Shown in pieces: positions 1 through 16,933 of a DNA stretch of 64,000 nt. Under the pieces are notes generated by a model. It was not told the DNA's origin. It ran no database searches and worked only from the letters and a program-made list of their open reading frames with translations. The stretch is from Piromyces finnis finn. Taxonomy: Eukaryota > Fungi > Neocallimastigomycota. The position numbers were made by a program, and so were the translations under genes. The stretch spans positions 2,418,001 through 2,482,000 of the forward strand of contig MCFH01000001.1 in the NCBI GenBank assembly GCA_002104945.1. Reading direction: 5' to 3'. The number at the start of each line of letters is the position of its first letter. The first letter of the stretch is position 1.

Positions 1-215
1 ATTACATTATGAGCTCATGGGAGAGTCTAGTGGACATCACACTATCATACCTGATGTTACTTCTCTTTTTTATTTCATAATTTATTAGGTAGGGACCAAT
101 CCTACACAATACGAATTGCAGAGTTCATTGAACTTTTATGCAACTTTAACAGTTATTCTATTTTATTTTATATTTATATTTATATATATATATATTATTA
201 TTATTTTTATTTATT

Positions 216-747
216 GTCGTTCCAGTTTTTATCCTGGTTGTTAAGGCGTTTCCTTAGCATACATAAGGCTTCTGGTTCGACCCCGCAGATGTCAGTGCCT
301 GTGGATTTTCCCACTGGGTTTGCCATGGGTTGGGTTATGATATTCAGGTAAGTATAAATGAACTTTCTAATTTACTACTATGATAATAACACTCGTCTAG
401 CCGGCCTGAGAGGGTCTAGTGTACATGGTACATTCCAAATTAGAACTTAATAAGTGGTGACTTAGGCTATGCCAAAAACACATAATATTCCTTAATCAAT
501 TTAAGTGTAAACATTAGGGGGCGGTTGACACGTGATCAAATTGACTATAAGAGGCTTAGCATTGTAGTTGTGAAATATCGTACAACGACATGCATCTAAT
601 GTACATGGATTAAGTGAGCGTCGAAGCTGAAGAAACAGTATGACAGACCAGGAGGGTCACAACCACCTAGCAATAGGAATGAGCCAACGTTTCTCTAAGA
701 ACCACCATTGGAGCTAACTCTGATCGATGGGAGAAATGCACTCGGAA

Positions 748-789
<42 letters not shown>
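216..789 (+). mobile_element. Non-coding poly(A)-tailed retroposon (SINE-like, element E1)
   Basis: GC-richer 535-nt body followed by A39 (751-789), flanked by a perfect 12-bp target-site duplication TTTTTATTTATT (204-215 and 790-801). No long ORF. B-box-like GGTTCGACCCC at 274-284. Confidence 0.8.
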
Positions 790-793
<4 letters not shown>

Positions 794-2453
794 TATTTAT
801 TATTATATCAATATGTATTATCACCTAATAAAATGTAATATTTCAATTAAATAAATAAATACAAGAAGTGTATATCTCTTCCTAGTCTAAAAAAGTATAT
901 ATATATTCTCAATATAAAGTATTTCAAATATCGAAAAACTTTATAAATTTAAACCATTCCTTTTAGTTACTCATAATAACAAAGTACAAACTTATATTTT
1001 ATTAAAACCTTCAACATATAATTTTACAAAAAGCAGAACAAAAAGAATATTTAAACATGATAAATTTGAATAGATATATAAAAGCACTTTACATTCATTG
1101 ATATAAATGAATGATTATACTTAAATTTTCCAATAACGAAAATAATAATAAAAATATTATTAAATATATATAAACTATATCAATATATCATATATATCAT
1201 ATATATCATATATATAATGTATTATTGGTATAATTAAATAGTAAATACTAGGTATGTTTAAAGGAATACATATTTGTATCATGTTATTTTTGATATAATT
1301 AAATGAAATAAATATATTTTAGTATATATGTGGCGTAGGTATGGTATAATATTGTAATGGGTAAATATAATTCTATCATAATTAAATGAGAAAAATGTTT
1401 ATAAATCACATTTATAATCACATGATTATGACACTAATTTTATTCAATTTAAAGCAAATTAATAAATAGAATATTGTTATTATTAATAATACTATTTTTT
1501 TATATAGTATTGATATAAGAATGTAATATGAATAAAAAATGATGTAATATGAAATAAAATATTATATAAATTTTAATTATTAATAAATAAATTAATTTAA
1601 TAATTATATAAAAATAAATTAAATTGAAATATGTTTTTAACGTGATTTAAGTATACTGTGGCGTATGGGTTTTTTATGAGAATATATTATTAAAAAATAA
1701 TTATATTTAAGAAAAATATTATAATTGTGAAGTCCTTATTATATAAATGTCACCCATATAGTTAAAAAAATATATAAATTGATTTTATAATTAAAAGTTT
1801 ATTCATTTGTATAAAAATAAATATAATATTTATAAATAATTATTAAATAATTATTATTATTATCAATCGAAATCACATATCCTTTATATAGTATTAACTG
1901 ACATTGATTTTTAAAAATAATTTAAAAGACACACTTTGGAAAATAAGAATAATGTTTAGAAAATTAACCAATAATAATTAAGAAATTTCAATTACACAAA
2001 GTAAAATGATAATTAACTTAATTTATGTCTGAAAAGAAAAACTAATATAAATAAATAAGAATTAAAGTTTGATTAATGTTATTATAACAAACTTAATTTA
2101 TTAAAATTTAAATTAAAAATTATATTTCAATAAAAATACTACAACATTTTTTTGATAATAATTAAAATTATAAATTAATAATTAATATAATATTATATGA
2201 TTCATATATATTAATTTTATGAATAAAAAAAAAGGATTAAATATATAATAAAAAACTATTCTTTTTTTTTTTATTGTTAAAAATTAAATTATTTTATTAT
2301 ATAAAAAAGTTTATTTTTGCATAAATAATTTTTAATTTCAAATTAATAAAATTGAAAGTTTTGTTTGTTAGAAATTATAACAAATAAGAAAATATAAATT
2401 TTATAATTTTAAAATTCATTTGTATATATTTTTTTAACCAAAAGAATATAAAA

Positions 2454-3905
2454 ATGAAATTCTTCTCAATTTCTTCAGTAATATTATTATCATGTGTTAA
2501 GTATGCTAGTGCTGTATGGGAAACAGTTATTAGCGATTCCCTTACTGATTACAACACTTTTGAAAAATATTGGGATTATTTATACCCATGGGGATCAGGT
2601 AAATAGAATATATATGTAAAAGTCATTTAAATAGCATATACTATTCATAAGTATTAAAGAATTTTAAAATTTTAAAAATGAATTTTTCAATGGATACATA
2701 GATCACAATGGTTCTGCTCGTATGTATGGTGCTAGTGATGACCATAATCACGTTTACTTAAAAGATAACACAATTGTTCTCAAAGCTTGTAGAATTAATT
2801 GGGATGAAGGTAAGAGTACTGCTAATCCACACCCTGTTATTCGTTATCACTCAGGTGCAATTCACTCAAAACAAACTTTTACTATTAATGATGAATTCCC
2901 AAATTATGAATTCAAGGGTGAATTTATTGTTCCAACTAATGGTGGTACATGGCCAGCATTTTGGTTAAACGGTGCTTGGACCTGGCCACCAGAAATTGAT
3001 ATTGTTGAATTTAAAGGTAATAATGTTAATTGGTTTAACATATTCCGTACTTCAAGTGATGTTTCTACATACAAAGAATCTGTTAGTAATGCTGGTGCTT
3101 GGCATGAATATCGTGTTTGGATAACAAAGGTTGATAATACTAATATGGATATTCACTTTTATATTGATGGTAAATGGAAGGCTAAACACACAGCCAATCA
3201 TGTTGGTAAACCATTCCATTTAATTATGAATTTACAAATGGAAGGTTCTTCTGGTGGTAATGGACCAACTAGTGACACCTACTATAGAGGTAGAAATATT
3301 TATGTTGGTAGAAGCCATGAATGGTAAATATTTAAATGATTATTAATTGTTAATTAAGTAATTAGTAAAAAAAAATTATATAATTATTTATAAAAAAAAA
3401 AAGATTCAAAATTAAAAAAAGTTTTTTTTTTAATTATGTATCAAAAAAATATTGAAACCTTAATTATTAAATTATAATAATAATAACAACAAATAAAACT
3501 TAATATTACATCGTTATTTCTCTTTTAATAATATTAATAATAATAATAAAAAAAAGTACTGGTAATAATTGTAATGCTAATAATGCTGCTGCCACTACTA
3601 CTACCGTAAAAACTACTACAACAAGCAAAGCCCAAACTGCTACTAGCAATGAAAATAACTGTTTTTCATACCCAGCTTATCCATGCTGTAAAGGAAACAC
3701 CGTAGTTTATACTGATAACGAAGGTAGTTGGGGTGTAGAAAACGGTAACTGGTGTGGTATTAATAAAGCAAACATATCCTCTTCATCTAACTGCTGGTCA
3801 CAAAGTTTAGGTTACAAGTGTTGTAATGGATGTAATGTTGTAACTACGGATGAAAGTGGTAAATGGGGTATTGAAAACAATGAATGGTGTGGTATAAATT
3901 GTTAA
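2454..3905 (+). CDS. Secreted GH16 glycoside hydrolase with Thr-rich linker and two C-terminal fungal dockerins (possibly endo-beta-1,3-galactanase-like)
   Basis: Exons 2454-2598, 2702-3323, 3557-3905 join in frame via GT-AG introns. Signal peptide [12 protein letters not shown]; WPAFWL and EIDIVE catalytic motif; two CC..D..G.WG.EN..WCG dockerins. Substrate is a recalled resemblance ([15 protein letters not shown]), not a search result. Confidence 0.9.
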
Positions 3906-5640
3906 TTAAAATAATTAACTGTTGAAGTTAATAAAAAAAGAAGAAAATAAAAAATCAAAATATATTAAATTTATAACAACTAATATAATAAAAAAAAAAT
4001 GATCAATAAGTTTTATAAATTTTTTACATGTAAAAATTGCTGTTAGCTTTTTTCTTATATGATTTTGTATAATTATTGTATAATTATTGCAAATAAAAAA
4101 AAATTGCAGTTATAATTACTGATTAATCAATATTATTTTCAAATATAATTACTAAAAAATAAAATATTTCCATTCTTTTTTTTTTTTTTTATAAAAAACA
4201 TATGAAATTTAATGATTTAATTATTAAACACTCTACATACCACATTTTTTGCACTTTTATTTTTATAAACAAAAATTAATAAAACAATGGAAGTTGGAAA
4301 TTCAAATATTCATTAATAATAATTAATTCATCCGTGGATAACTATTATATGATTATGCTTATTTAAAAATATTTAAATATTATCACCATAAAATTTAAAT
4401 TGACAATTTCAAAAAAAAAAGTAGAGCTTTATCATAAATTTATAATAAATATACTCTATTCAATTGAAAAATTTTTTCATTTATATAAAATAGATGATAG
4501 TGTAAATAATGATATATTTTATTATTTTTACAATAATAACTATTAAAATAACATGTATTATTAATAAATCAATAGGTTTTTATTTAATTTTCAAATTTTT
4601 TATTTCTAAATTTTAAAGATATTAATATTATATTTCTACCATTCACAATCATTTCCATTATATTATATTTTATTTTATTTTTAACTATCCTTTTTTTATT
4701 AGTTTATAGTGTATAAATAAAAAATTAACATATATTTTTAAAAATTTTATTCTCTTCCTCTCATTGAAAATTTTTATAGAATTTTTTAAACATTGGTGGG
4801 ATAACATGTAATATACATGTGTTTTTTTAAACTATTTTTAGTGTTTCTTAATATATTCTTGAAGATTGTGTCAAAAAGACTATGAAATTGTAATATAAAA
4901 ATTCAAATACTTTATTTTTATTTTAATGATCATCACTATATTTCTAATATACATATTCAAAAACTATTTACTAATTATATTGAAAGTTAAACTTAATAAC
5001 TGTATTAAGTTTTTTAACTAAAAAATTTGAACAAATAATAAACTCTTTTTTTTTTTTTTTTTACTTTGCAACTTCAAACTGATCAAAAATTTATGGTTCA
5101 ATTACAGATATCTAAAAATAGATGTTATAAATGTCACCAAAATACAATTACAAGAAATCTCAAAAAAGTGTCTTTTTGGAAAAAAAATTGTTCATTCTAT
5201 TTTATATTGTATAGATAAAGAATAAAGACTTAAATAACAATTAAATATAATTTTATTAGAATTCTTAATATAATTTGTTTATTTATAAGTTTTTTTATTT
5301 TAACTTTTTTAATTATTTATTATTTTAATATAATTTCTATTTCTTCATATTATAAACATGTTATTAATATATTATCAATTTAATAATTATTATTATTTAA
5401 GCTTGAGATTGTTAATTTTTATATATAATTTAATTTTTCAAAGTTTATTTTATTTTTTTGATTTTAACTTATTAAGAATTATAAAGACTTTATTTTTTAT
5501 ATATTATATAAATTAACAAAAAATTACTTAACAAATTTATAAATAATATTTAAAAATATAGAACTATTAATAAATAAATAATAAATATTATATTATTATA
5601 GATTCAAATATATTTTAAGCAATTAGTAAAAATACTAAGA

Positions 5641-8600
5641 ATGAGTCATATATTACCACCTACTCCAACGCTTGGTATACCCCAAAAAGTTACAGACGAC
5701 ATATTTTTAGTTGAAGATTTGAAAGAATTTTTAAAAAAAAGAGGGGAAAGTATTGATGATAATTATTTAGTATATATAAAAAATTTAAATAGTTTAAGAC
5801 ATGATATTGCAGGTGCAGGAAAAGATGAAATTGGTAAAAATTTATTACTTAAATATCTAAATGAAGTAAAATCATTTATAAAAAAATTTTTAAAAGGGTC
5901 AAAAATTGGAAATGTTAGATTTATATGGTATTGATTATTCATTAATATAATTTTAAATATGAACTTTATAATAATTATAATTTGGTCTTATTTATTTTTG
6001 CAATACTAATCTTTCTAGGTATGACGCATTTACAGAAGAAAAATATATTCGCTATTCCAGTAATTATGAAGTAGCGTGTGTAACCTTTAATTTAGCTGCT
6101 GTTATATCAAATATCGCCGCTCTTCAAAATAGAACAAATGATAATCAAAGAAATATAGCTAAAAATTATTTTCAAGTAGCAGCAGGATTATTTAAATCAA
6201 TAAATGGTATCTTACCAAATAATACATTGAAAGATATAGGGAAAAAATCAATTAATTGTTTAAATAAGTTAATGCTAGCACAAGCTCAAGAGTGTTGTTT
6301 AGAAGAATTATTTATTAAAATAAATAAAAATAACAACAATAATAATATTAATAATATTGAAGATGATAATTATAATTGCAATAATAATAATAATATATCT
6401 AAAATTGCATGTTATCTTGGAAATATTTATTATAGCATTTATAATGATATGATTAATCTTAAACCACAGTTTGATAGTACATGGACTACTTTAGTAGCTG
6501 TATATGTCATATTATTAATATATATACAAATAATAATATTTAATATTACTCATATACTATATTTATATTTTAATATAAAATTACTAATATATTAATAATA
6601 TTACTCTAAATAAATTTAAAGTTTAAAGGTGATTATTATTATTCAATTGCTTATTATTATAAATCCAAGAATTGTGAAAATGAAATTGAAAAATGTTATG
6701 GTTATTTAAAAAAAGCTGAAAAATTTAGCACTGAATCATATAGGATAGGAAAATTATTTAGAGATTCCTATCCTTCTTTTGATATTTTATTAAACAGTAC
6801 TACTTTAGCTTCCAATGCACCAATAAATCAAAAAATTATTTATTCCTCTTTGTATAATGTGTCAAAGATTTTTTTAGAAAACATTAGAAAATATAAAATA
6901 CATATTATTGATATTACTAGAAGTAAAAACATTTATTTAAACGACATTCCAAAAATTCTTGACGAACCCGAAAAAACCCGTGTAGTAAAAAATTTAAAAT
7001 ATGAAAAACTATATAATAATTATGAAAATAAACCAATAAAAAGTGAAAATGATTATTGTTTAAATGACAGTAAAATAAATGAAATACTCCCTAATGGTAA
7101 TTATCCTCTTTTAATTGCAGTTATTAATAATGATGTTAATATGGTGAATAAAATAATTGAATCGGCCAATTCAATTAAAAGAAACAATAATAATTTCAAA
7201 CTTAATATTAATGGAAAAAACAATAGTGGAGATTATCCATTATTATGTGCAGCTCAAAATAATAATACTGAAATAGTTCAGGCATTAATAAAATATGCTA
7301 CTGAATCTGGAACAAAATTAATGGTTAATTTAGAAGGAAGAAATGGATGGTATCCATTACTTTGGGCATGCTATAAATGTAATTCTAAAATAGTTAAATT
7401 ATTATTAAAATATGCAAATGAAAATAATATTGTTTTAAATATTATAAAAAAGAATAGCTATGGTAGTTATCCAATTCTTTTTGCAACCTATAACAGAAAA
7501 ACAGAAATACTAAAAAAGTTAATTAAATATGCAAATCAAAATGGTATTAAATTGGATATAACAAGTAAAAATAATGACGGACGTTACCCATTATTAAGAT
7601 CCATTTGTTACAATAATCTAGATACATTTTCAACATTATTAACCTATTCAGAAGATAATAATATCTATATAGATTTTAATCAAAGTAATAATGATGGTCA
7701 ATATCCTCTTTTATGGGCTGTTCATAGAAATAATACATATCTAGTTAATAAAATATTAAATTATAATTTTTCATATAATGAAAATAGTGACGATAAAATG
7801 ATGGATTATAATTATATTGTTAATAAAAATAACAATATATTAAATATTAACGCTAAAAATAAAAGTGGATGGTATCCTCTTTTAAGAGCTGTTGATAATG
7901 AAAATACAGAAATAATTAAATTATTAAGAGATTATTCATTTAGTCATAATATCAAATTAGAAATTAATGATAAAAATAAATTGGGGGATTATCCAATTTT
8001 AAAAGCTGTTAAAAAAGATAATATTTCCATAATTATGTTATTAATGTTATATTCAAGAAGAAAAGATATTACATTAACTATTAATGAAAAAAATGTAAAT
8101 GGTGATTATCCATTATTAACAGCTATTGAAGAAGGAAATAATGAAATTGTTAAATTATTAATGAAATATTCAAAAGAAAGAGGATATATTTTAAATTTAA
8201 ATGAAAAAAATAACGAAGGATGGTCTCCACTTTTATTAGCTATTAGAAATAATAATTTAGAGGCTGTTAAATTATTATTAAAATATAGCGATAAAAAAAT
8301 TAATAAAAATTATAATTTATTAAATTTTAATATTACAAATAATAATGGTGATTATCCATTATTGATGGCAATCAAAAAAAAGAATAGAGAAATTATTAAG
8401 GCATTAATTAAATATGCAGATGACAATAGAATTATGTTAAATATTAATAATTGTAATAAAAAAGGAGAATTTCCACTTATGAAGTTTATGGATGATGAAG
8501 GTGAAAAACGTATTTTTAATGAATTAGATGAATTAATGAAATATTTAATTAAAAATAATATAATCATTGACATTAATAAAGTTAGTAAGGGATATAATAA

Positions 8601-9267
8601 TGAAACCATATTAATATATGCAATTAAAAAAGGATTTAATCAGGTAGTTAAAATATTAATGAAATATTCACAGAAAATGAAAATTCCATTAAATTTTAAT
8701 CAAGGTAATAATAATCATGAAAAATCACCACTTGTATTAGCAATTAACAATAATAATGATAATGATAACATGGAAATAATTGAATTAATATTGAAATGTA
8801 ATAAAAATCAACATAATTATTATAGAATAATACCAGATAAATTAAACTTAAATTTAGTTTTGTATTTCAATGAAGAATATGTTTCAAATATTAATGATAG
8901 AATTATTAAAATGCTTAAAGCATATAGAAATTATATTAATTTTAATTTTAAAGAAAACAGTGAATTAAAAAATAAAATTTATAGTAATGATGAAAAAGAT
9001 AATATTAAAAATGATTATGAAATGGAAGATATTGAAGGAAGTAGTATATTAAATTTGAATCAAAATGAAGAGAATTCAAATTTAGAATCTGATTTTGAAA
9101 TTAGTGAAGACGAAGAATTATCAATTAACAGGAATTTAAATTTAAAAGGATTTCCTTTTAAAAAAAAAAAAGAAAGAAAGAATTTTCATTTAAAAAAGCA
9201 TTTAAATGGATTATCTTTTGAAAATATTAATGATAATAATTGTATAAATATTTTTGATAAAAATTAA
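5641..9267 (+). CDS. BRO1-domain / ankyrin-repeat fusion protein, copy A
   Basis: Exons 5641-5927, 6019-6499, 6622-9267 join in frame. BRO1 hallmarks: L.IP.K, LNSLR, F.WYDAF, YE.A.V.FN.AA, YFQ.AAG.F, LMLAQAQEC. Followed by more than ten ankyrin repeats (N.KN..G.YPLL.A) and an acidic tail. Confidence 0.85.
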
Positions 9268-9376
9268 GAAGAAAAAGAAATAATTTAAAATATATCATTT
9301 GATAAAAAAAAAATAAGTATTCCTCAAATAAATATATATATATAAATGAATTATTTAATATTATAAGTTGATTATT

Positions 9377-9658
9377 TTAATTAATTTTGAAATATTCACC
9401 TAAGTAATTAACCAATGTATTATTACGACAATATGAAACCCCTGTCCAATTAGGTCCTAAATATTTGGCATAATCCTCAATGTTATTGAAATAAATAGCT
9501 TCATCAGAATTTAAATTAACATAAAATGGATTTATTGTCTTACCTACATTATTTTTGTTATAAAGACAAAATTCAATATTATCTGTCGAATTATTAGACA
9601 CTGAAATAGTATAACTAAGTCTTATACTTAAACTTATTAGAAGTATTTTCAATAACAT
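9377..9658 (-). CDS. Short ORF with signal-peptide-like N-terminus (small secreted protein or gene fragment)
   Basis: 93-aa ORF starting MLLKILLISLSIRLSYT with two Cys; no family recognised. Confidence 0.3.
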   Translation of the reverse strand: MLLKILLISLSIRLSYTISVSNNSTDNIEFCLYNKNNVGKTINPFYVNLNSDEAIYFNNIEDYAKYLGPNWTGVSYCRNNTLVNYLGEYFKIN

Positions 9659-10211
9659 TAAGAAAAAAAAAATAAAATATTTCCTTCTTACTTCTTATTA
9701 AATATAATAAATATAATATTAATATTTAAGTTTGAATAATTAATAATTTTTTAAATATTCATTTTAAACTTTTTTAATTTTTAATTTTATGTTTTATGGG
9801 TTATATATTTTACATTTTATATTTTTATTTATAAAAAAAAAAAAAAGATATCAATAAATCTTAAACTGATTACAATACCCTATACTATAAAAAAAATTGA
9901 TTCTTCAGTTAATAAGAACTTTTTAACATTTTATTTTATTATATATTAAAATATTTTGATATACATTGTATATTAAAAAACCAAACCTCCTACCAATTTT
10001 ATTCTCTTCCATTTTAATAATATATATTCTATTAGTTTTATTTTAATTTATCTTATTTGTATTATAATATATTATAATATAGTATTATTTTTAGGGTTAT
10101 TGTTATTTCATATTATTTATTAAAACTCTATATGAAATGTTGAATATCTTAATGCTATAAATATATATTAATTCATACACAATATTTATAAAGTTTTATT
10201 TTTTTTTAAAT

Positions 10212-12164
10212 ATGAACAACATTGATTATTATAAAAATAAAAAGAATTCTGTTGTGGTAAAGTTTCTAAAATACTATGATAAGTATAAAGATGGAAGTTT
10301 TGAATTGGAGGATATAAAATTGTTAATATGTATATTAATTAAAAACAACCAAAAAAAAATATTAAAAGGAGTTTTAGATGAAATATTTAGAAACTATAAT
10401 TATGAAAAAGGTTATAAATTTGATCCATATTTTAAATATGATAATGAATTTGTTCTAAAGCTTCTTTTATATTATAAAAATAAAATAAAAATTCCAACAA
10501 AAAAAAAATTTAAATTATTATTAATAAAAGAAAAAGAGGAAAAATCAATTTCAATATTAAATTTAAATAATAAAGGGGAAATTATCAGAGATGAAAATGG
10601 ATATTTAAAAGTAAAAAAAAGCGAAAATATAATTACAAAACATATAGATAGAGTAGAAAGTGATGATGCAGAGGATAGATCTATAATGAATTGTTAAATG
10701 GATATGAAAAGAAAAGAACAATTAATGGTAAAAATGAATATTTGGAAAGTGAAGGTATTAGCATAATTTCGGATTGTGATATAGATATTGCAGTAGATAT
10801 AAAAGTTAATAGAGAAAAAGTAACAAATGTGTATTCTTCATCAGAATATATAATTAATGATAATAGACTTAATGGAAATATATTTAATAGTAGATTAGCT
10901 AGTGGAACAGGAACCAACGATAGGAAACTTTTATGTTACTACACTAATAAATATTACGATTCTATTGAAAAAATAGCAGGGGGATTTATAAATGAAAGAG
11001 ATAAATTATTAATATATAAGACTAAAGATAATTATAATGATAAAATAAAAGAATATAATGAAAACATTGAAAAAATAATAATGAAATAAATAAATTAAAA
11101 AATGAAATAAAGGGTAAACCTAAAAATAATCTTGATAGGATGTTAAATCAAAATAAAGTTTATAAACTTATTGAGGAAAGTAAATCAAACGGAGAAAATA
11201 AATTTATTTTAGAAAATGATTTTGAAAAATTTAAAAACGAGAAAATAGAATTTAATATAATAGCTAATGCAGCTGCGGTTAATTTATCAGAAAAAACATA
11301 ATTGAAAATGCTAAATCAAGTTCAATACAAAATCCTAAACCTTATGAATTTAAAACATTTTTAAATGAAGGTGGTCATTTTCCTGAACACGGATATTCCA
11401 TAGATTTATGAAATACAGCATATACTATAAGTGGAGTATCTATGAAGAAATATAACCAATGAAAATCAGAATTGGTTAAAAGAAATGGAGCTTCATCGTG
11501 TGCATTAAGTAACCATTTAAAAGTATTGAATCATAGATTTTGATTCACCAACGCTTGACACTCTAGAAATGTTTAAAAGCATAAACTTAAATTCTAATAT
11601 TTTACCATATACCGAAAAATTGAATAGTATAAATGATAATAAATTTAATAAATTATTATATAGAGATGCAAAGTCTATAGATGAAGTATGGAATAAAGTA
11701 ACTGAGACTTATATTAATAATAAAAATTTTTTTAGCAAAGAACAAGGTGTTAATAGTTATATTTTAAAGTATACAAACTCTGATTATTCATCAAATATAG
11801 TATTGATGATAGTAAGCTAATAGATGGAACAAAATTTAATAACATGATGCCATTACATTATGATGCATTAGAAACCAATGAAAATAAGTATGAAAAAAGT
11901 ATTGACAATATAGAATTATATTTGTTTAATGAATTTGATTCACAATCCTTATATACCAAAGAAAAATTTAAAAATGTATTGAATAGATTATCAACCATTA
12001 TAGGAGTTGATTCTGATGCCATTATAAGATATATTATCTATTTAAATTTTATTTATTTAAAAAATTTTAATATTAAAAAAAAAATTATGTTTATAAAAGA
12101 TTTTAGTCTTATGTCTCAATATACTTATAAATTCTTTTTAGATTTCTATTTAAAAACTGAATAA
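10212..12164 (+). pseudogene. Decayed intronless ORF of unknown family
   Basis: ORF pieces 10212-10697, 10691-11089, about 11090-11560, 11569-11820 and 11844-12164 link through single-base frameshifts and two in-frame TGA codons into one roughly 2-kb reading frame. Confidence 0.6.
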
Positions 12165-12430
12165 TTACAAAAAATATATTTATTTATTTATTTTTATTTA
12201 ATAAATAACCTTAATATATAACTAATATAAATTTGTTATTAAAATTAGTAGATAATTCTAATATTATCTACTATTTTTAGTAGATAATATTAGAATTTAA
12301 TACATCATTAAGAATATAAATAGTCTTCATAAATCTATATTTCCTATTCTATAATTAATCACTGTAAAAAATTATTATAACACTCTTTAAAAATAGATCA
12401 AAATAATTTTTATGCCATTATTATTTAAAA

Positions 12431-16289
<3,859 letters not shown>

Positions 16290-16879
16290 GATCAATTTAA
16301 AATAGATGATTTTGGATAATAAATAGTGAAAGCTATAGCAATATTCTTAATAGCTAAAAAATAATAATAAAAAAATTGCCACCTATTTTATATCTATTGT
16401 AATTCAAAAACATTAATAATTAATAGTTAAATTAAAAGAGTATATGAAATTTTTCAAAATATTTAATATTTATTCAACATGAAAAAAAAATAAATAACAA
16501 TTGTTTTTTAAATATGTTAATTATTTACTTATTTTACATAAACTTACTGATAATTAGAATATTAATTAAAATCTTGTTTGGATGTTTTTATAATATTATT
16601 AAAAATATGAAATATATTAATATTTAATTTTATAGTTTTACTCAATTTATAAATTGAGCAATTTTAAATTATTTAGAAATTAGGATATTATTATTATTAT
16701 TATGATTATGATTAGAATAATTTATAAAGAAGAATTAATGTTTATTATAATAAAACCTATAAATCAATAAAATATATTTTTCCCTTTTTTTTCATTCCAG
16801 TATATTTTAATTTTTAATTATTATATTTAATTCTAACCTTTTACTTATTTAAAATTATTACTATCAAAATTAGGTTTAC

Positions 16880-16933
16880 TATATATGGTACTATAGTTAT
16901 CTTAAATAACTAGTATCTATAGTACCATATATA
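16880..16933. repeat. Perfect 17-bp inverted repeat with 20-nt spacer
   Basis: TATATATGGTACTATAG (16880-16896) and CTATAGTACCATATATA (16917-16933). Confidence 0.85.

Noticed and set aside
231-290. tRNA gene suggested by GGTTCGACCCC and TTAAGGCG
   Set aside because: No convincing cloverleaf or anticodon arm; it lies within a poly(A)-tailed, TSD-flanked element.
3325-3327. TAA as the GH16 stop codon
   Set aside because: It overlaps a GTAAAT donor; splicing to 3557 continues in frame into linker and dockerins.
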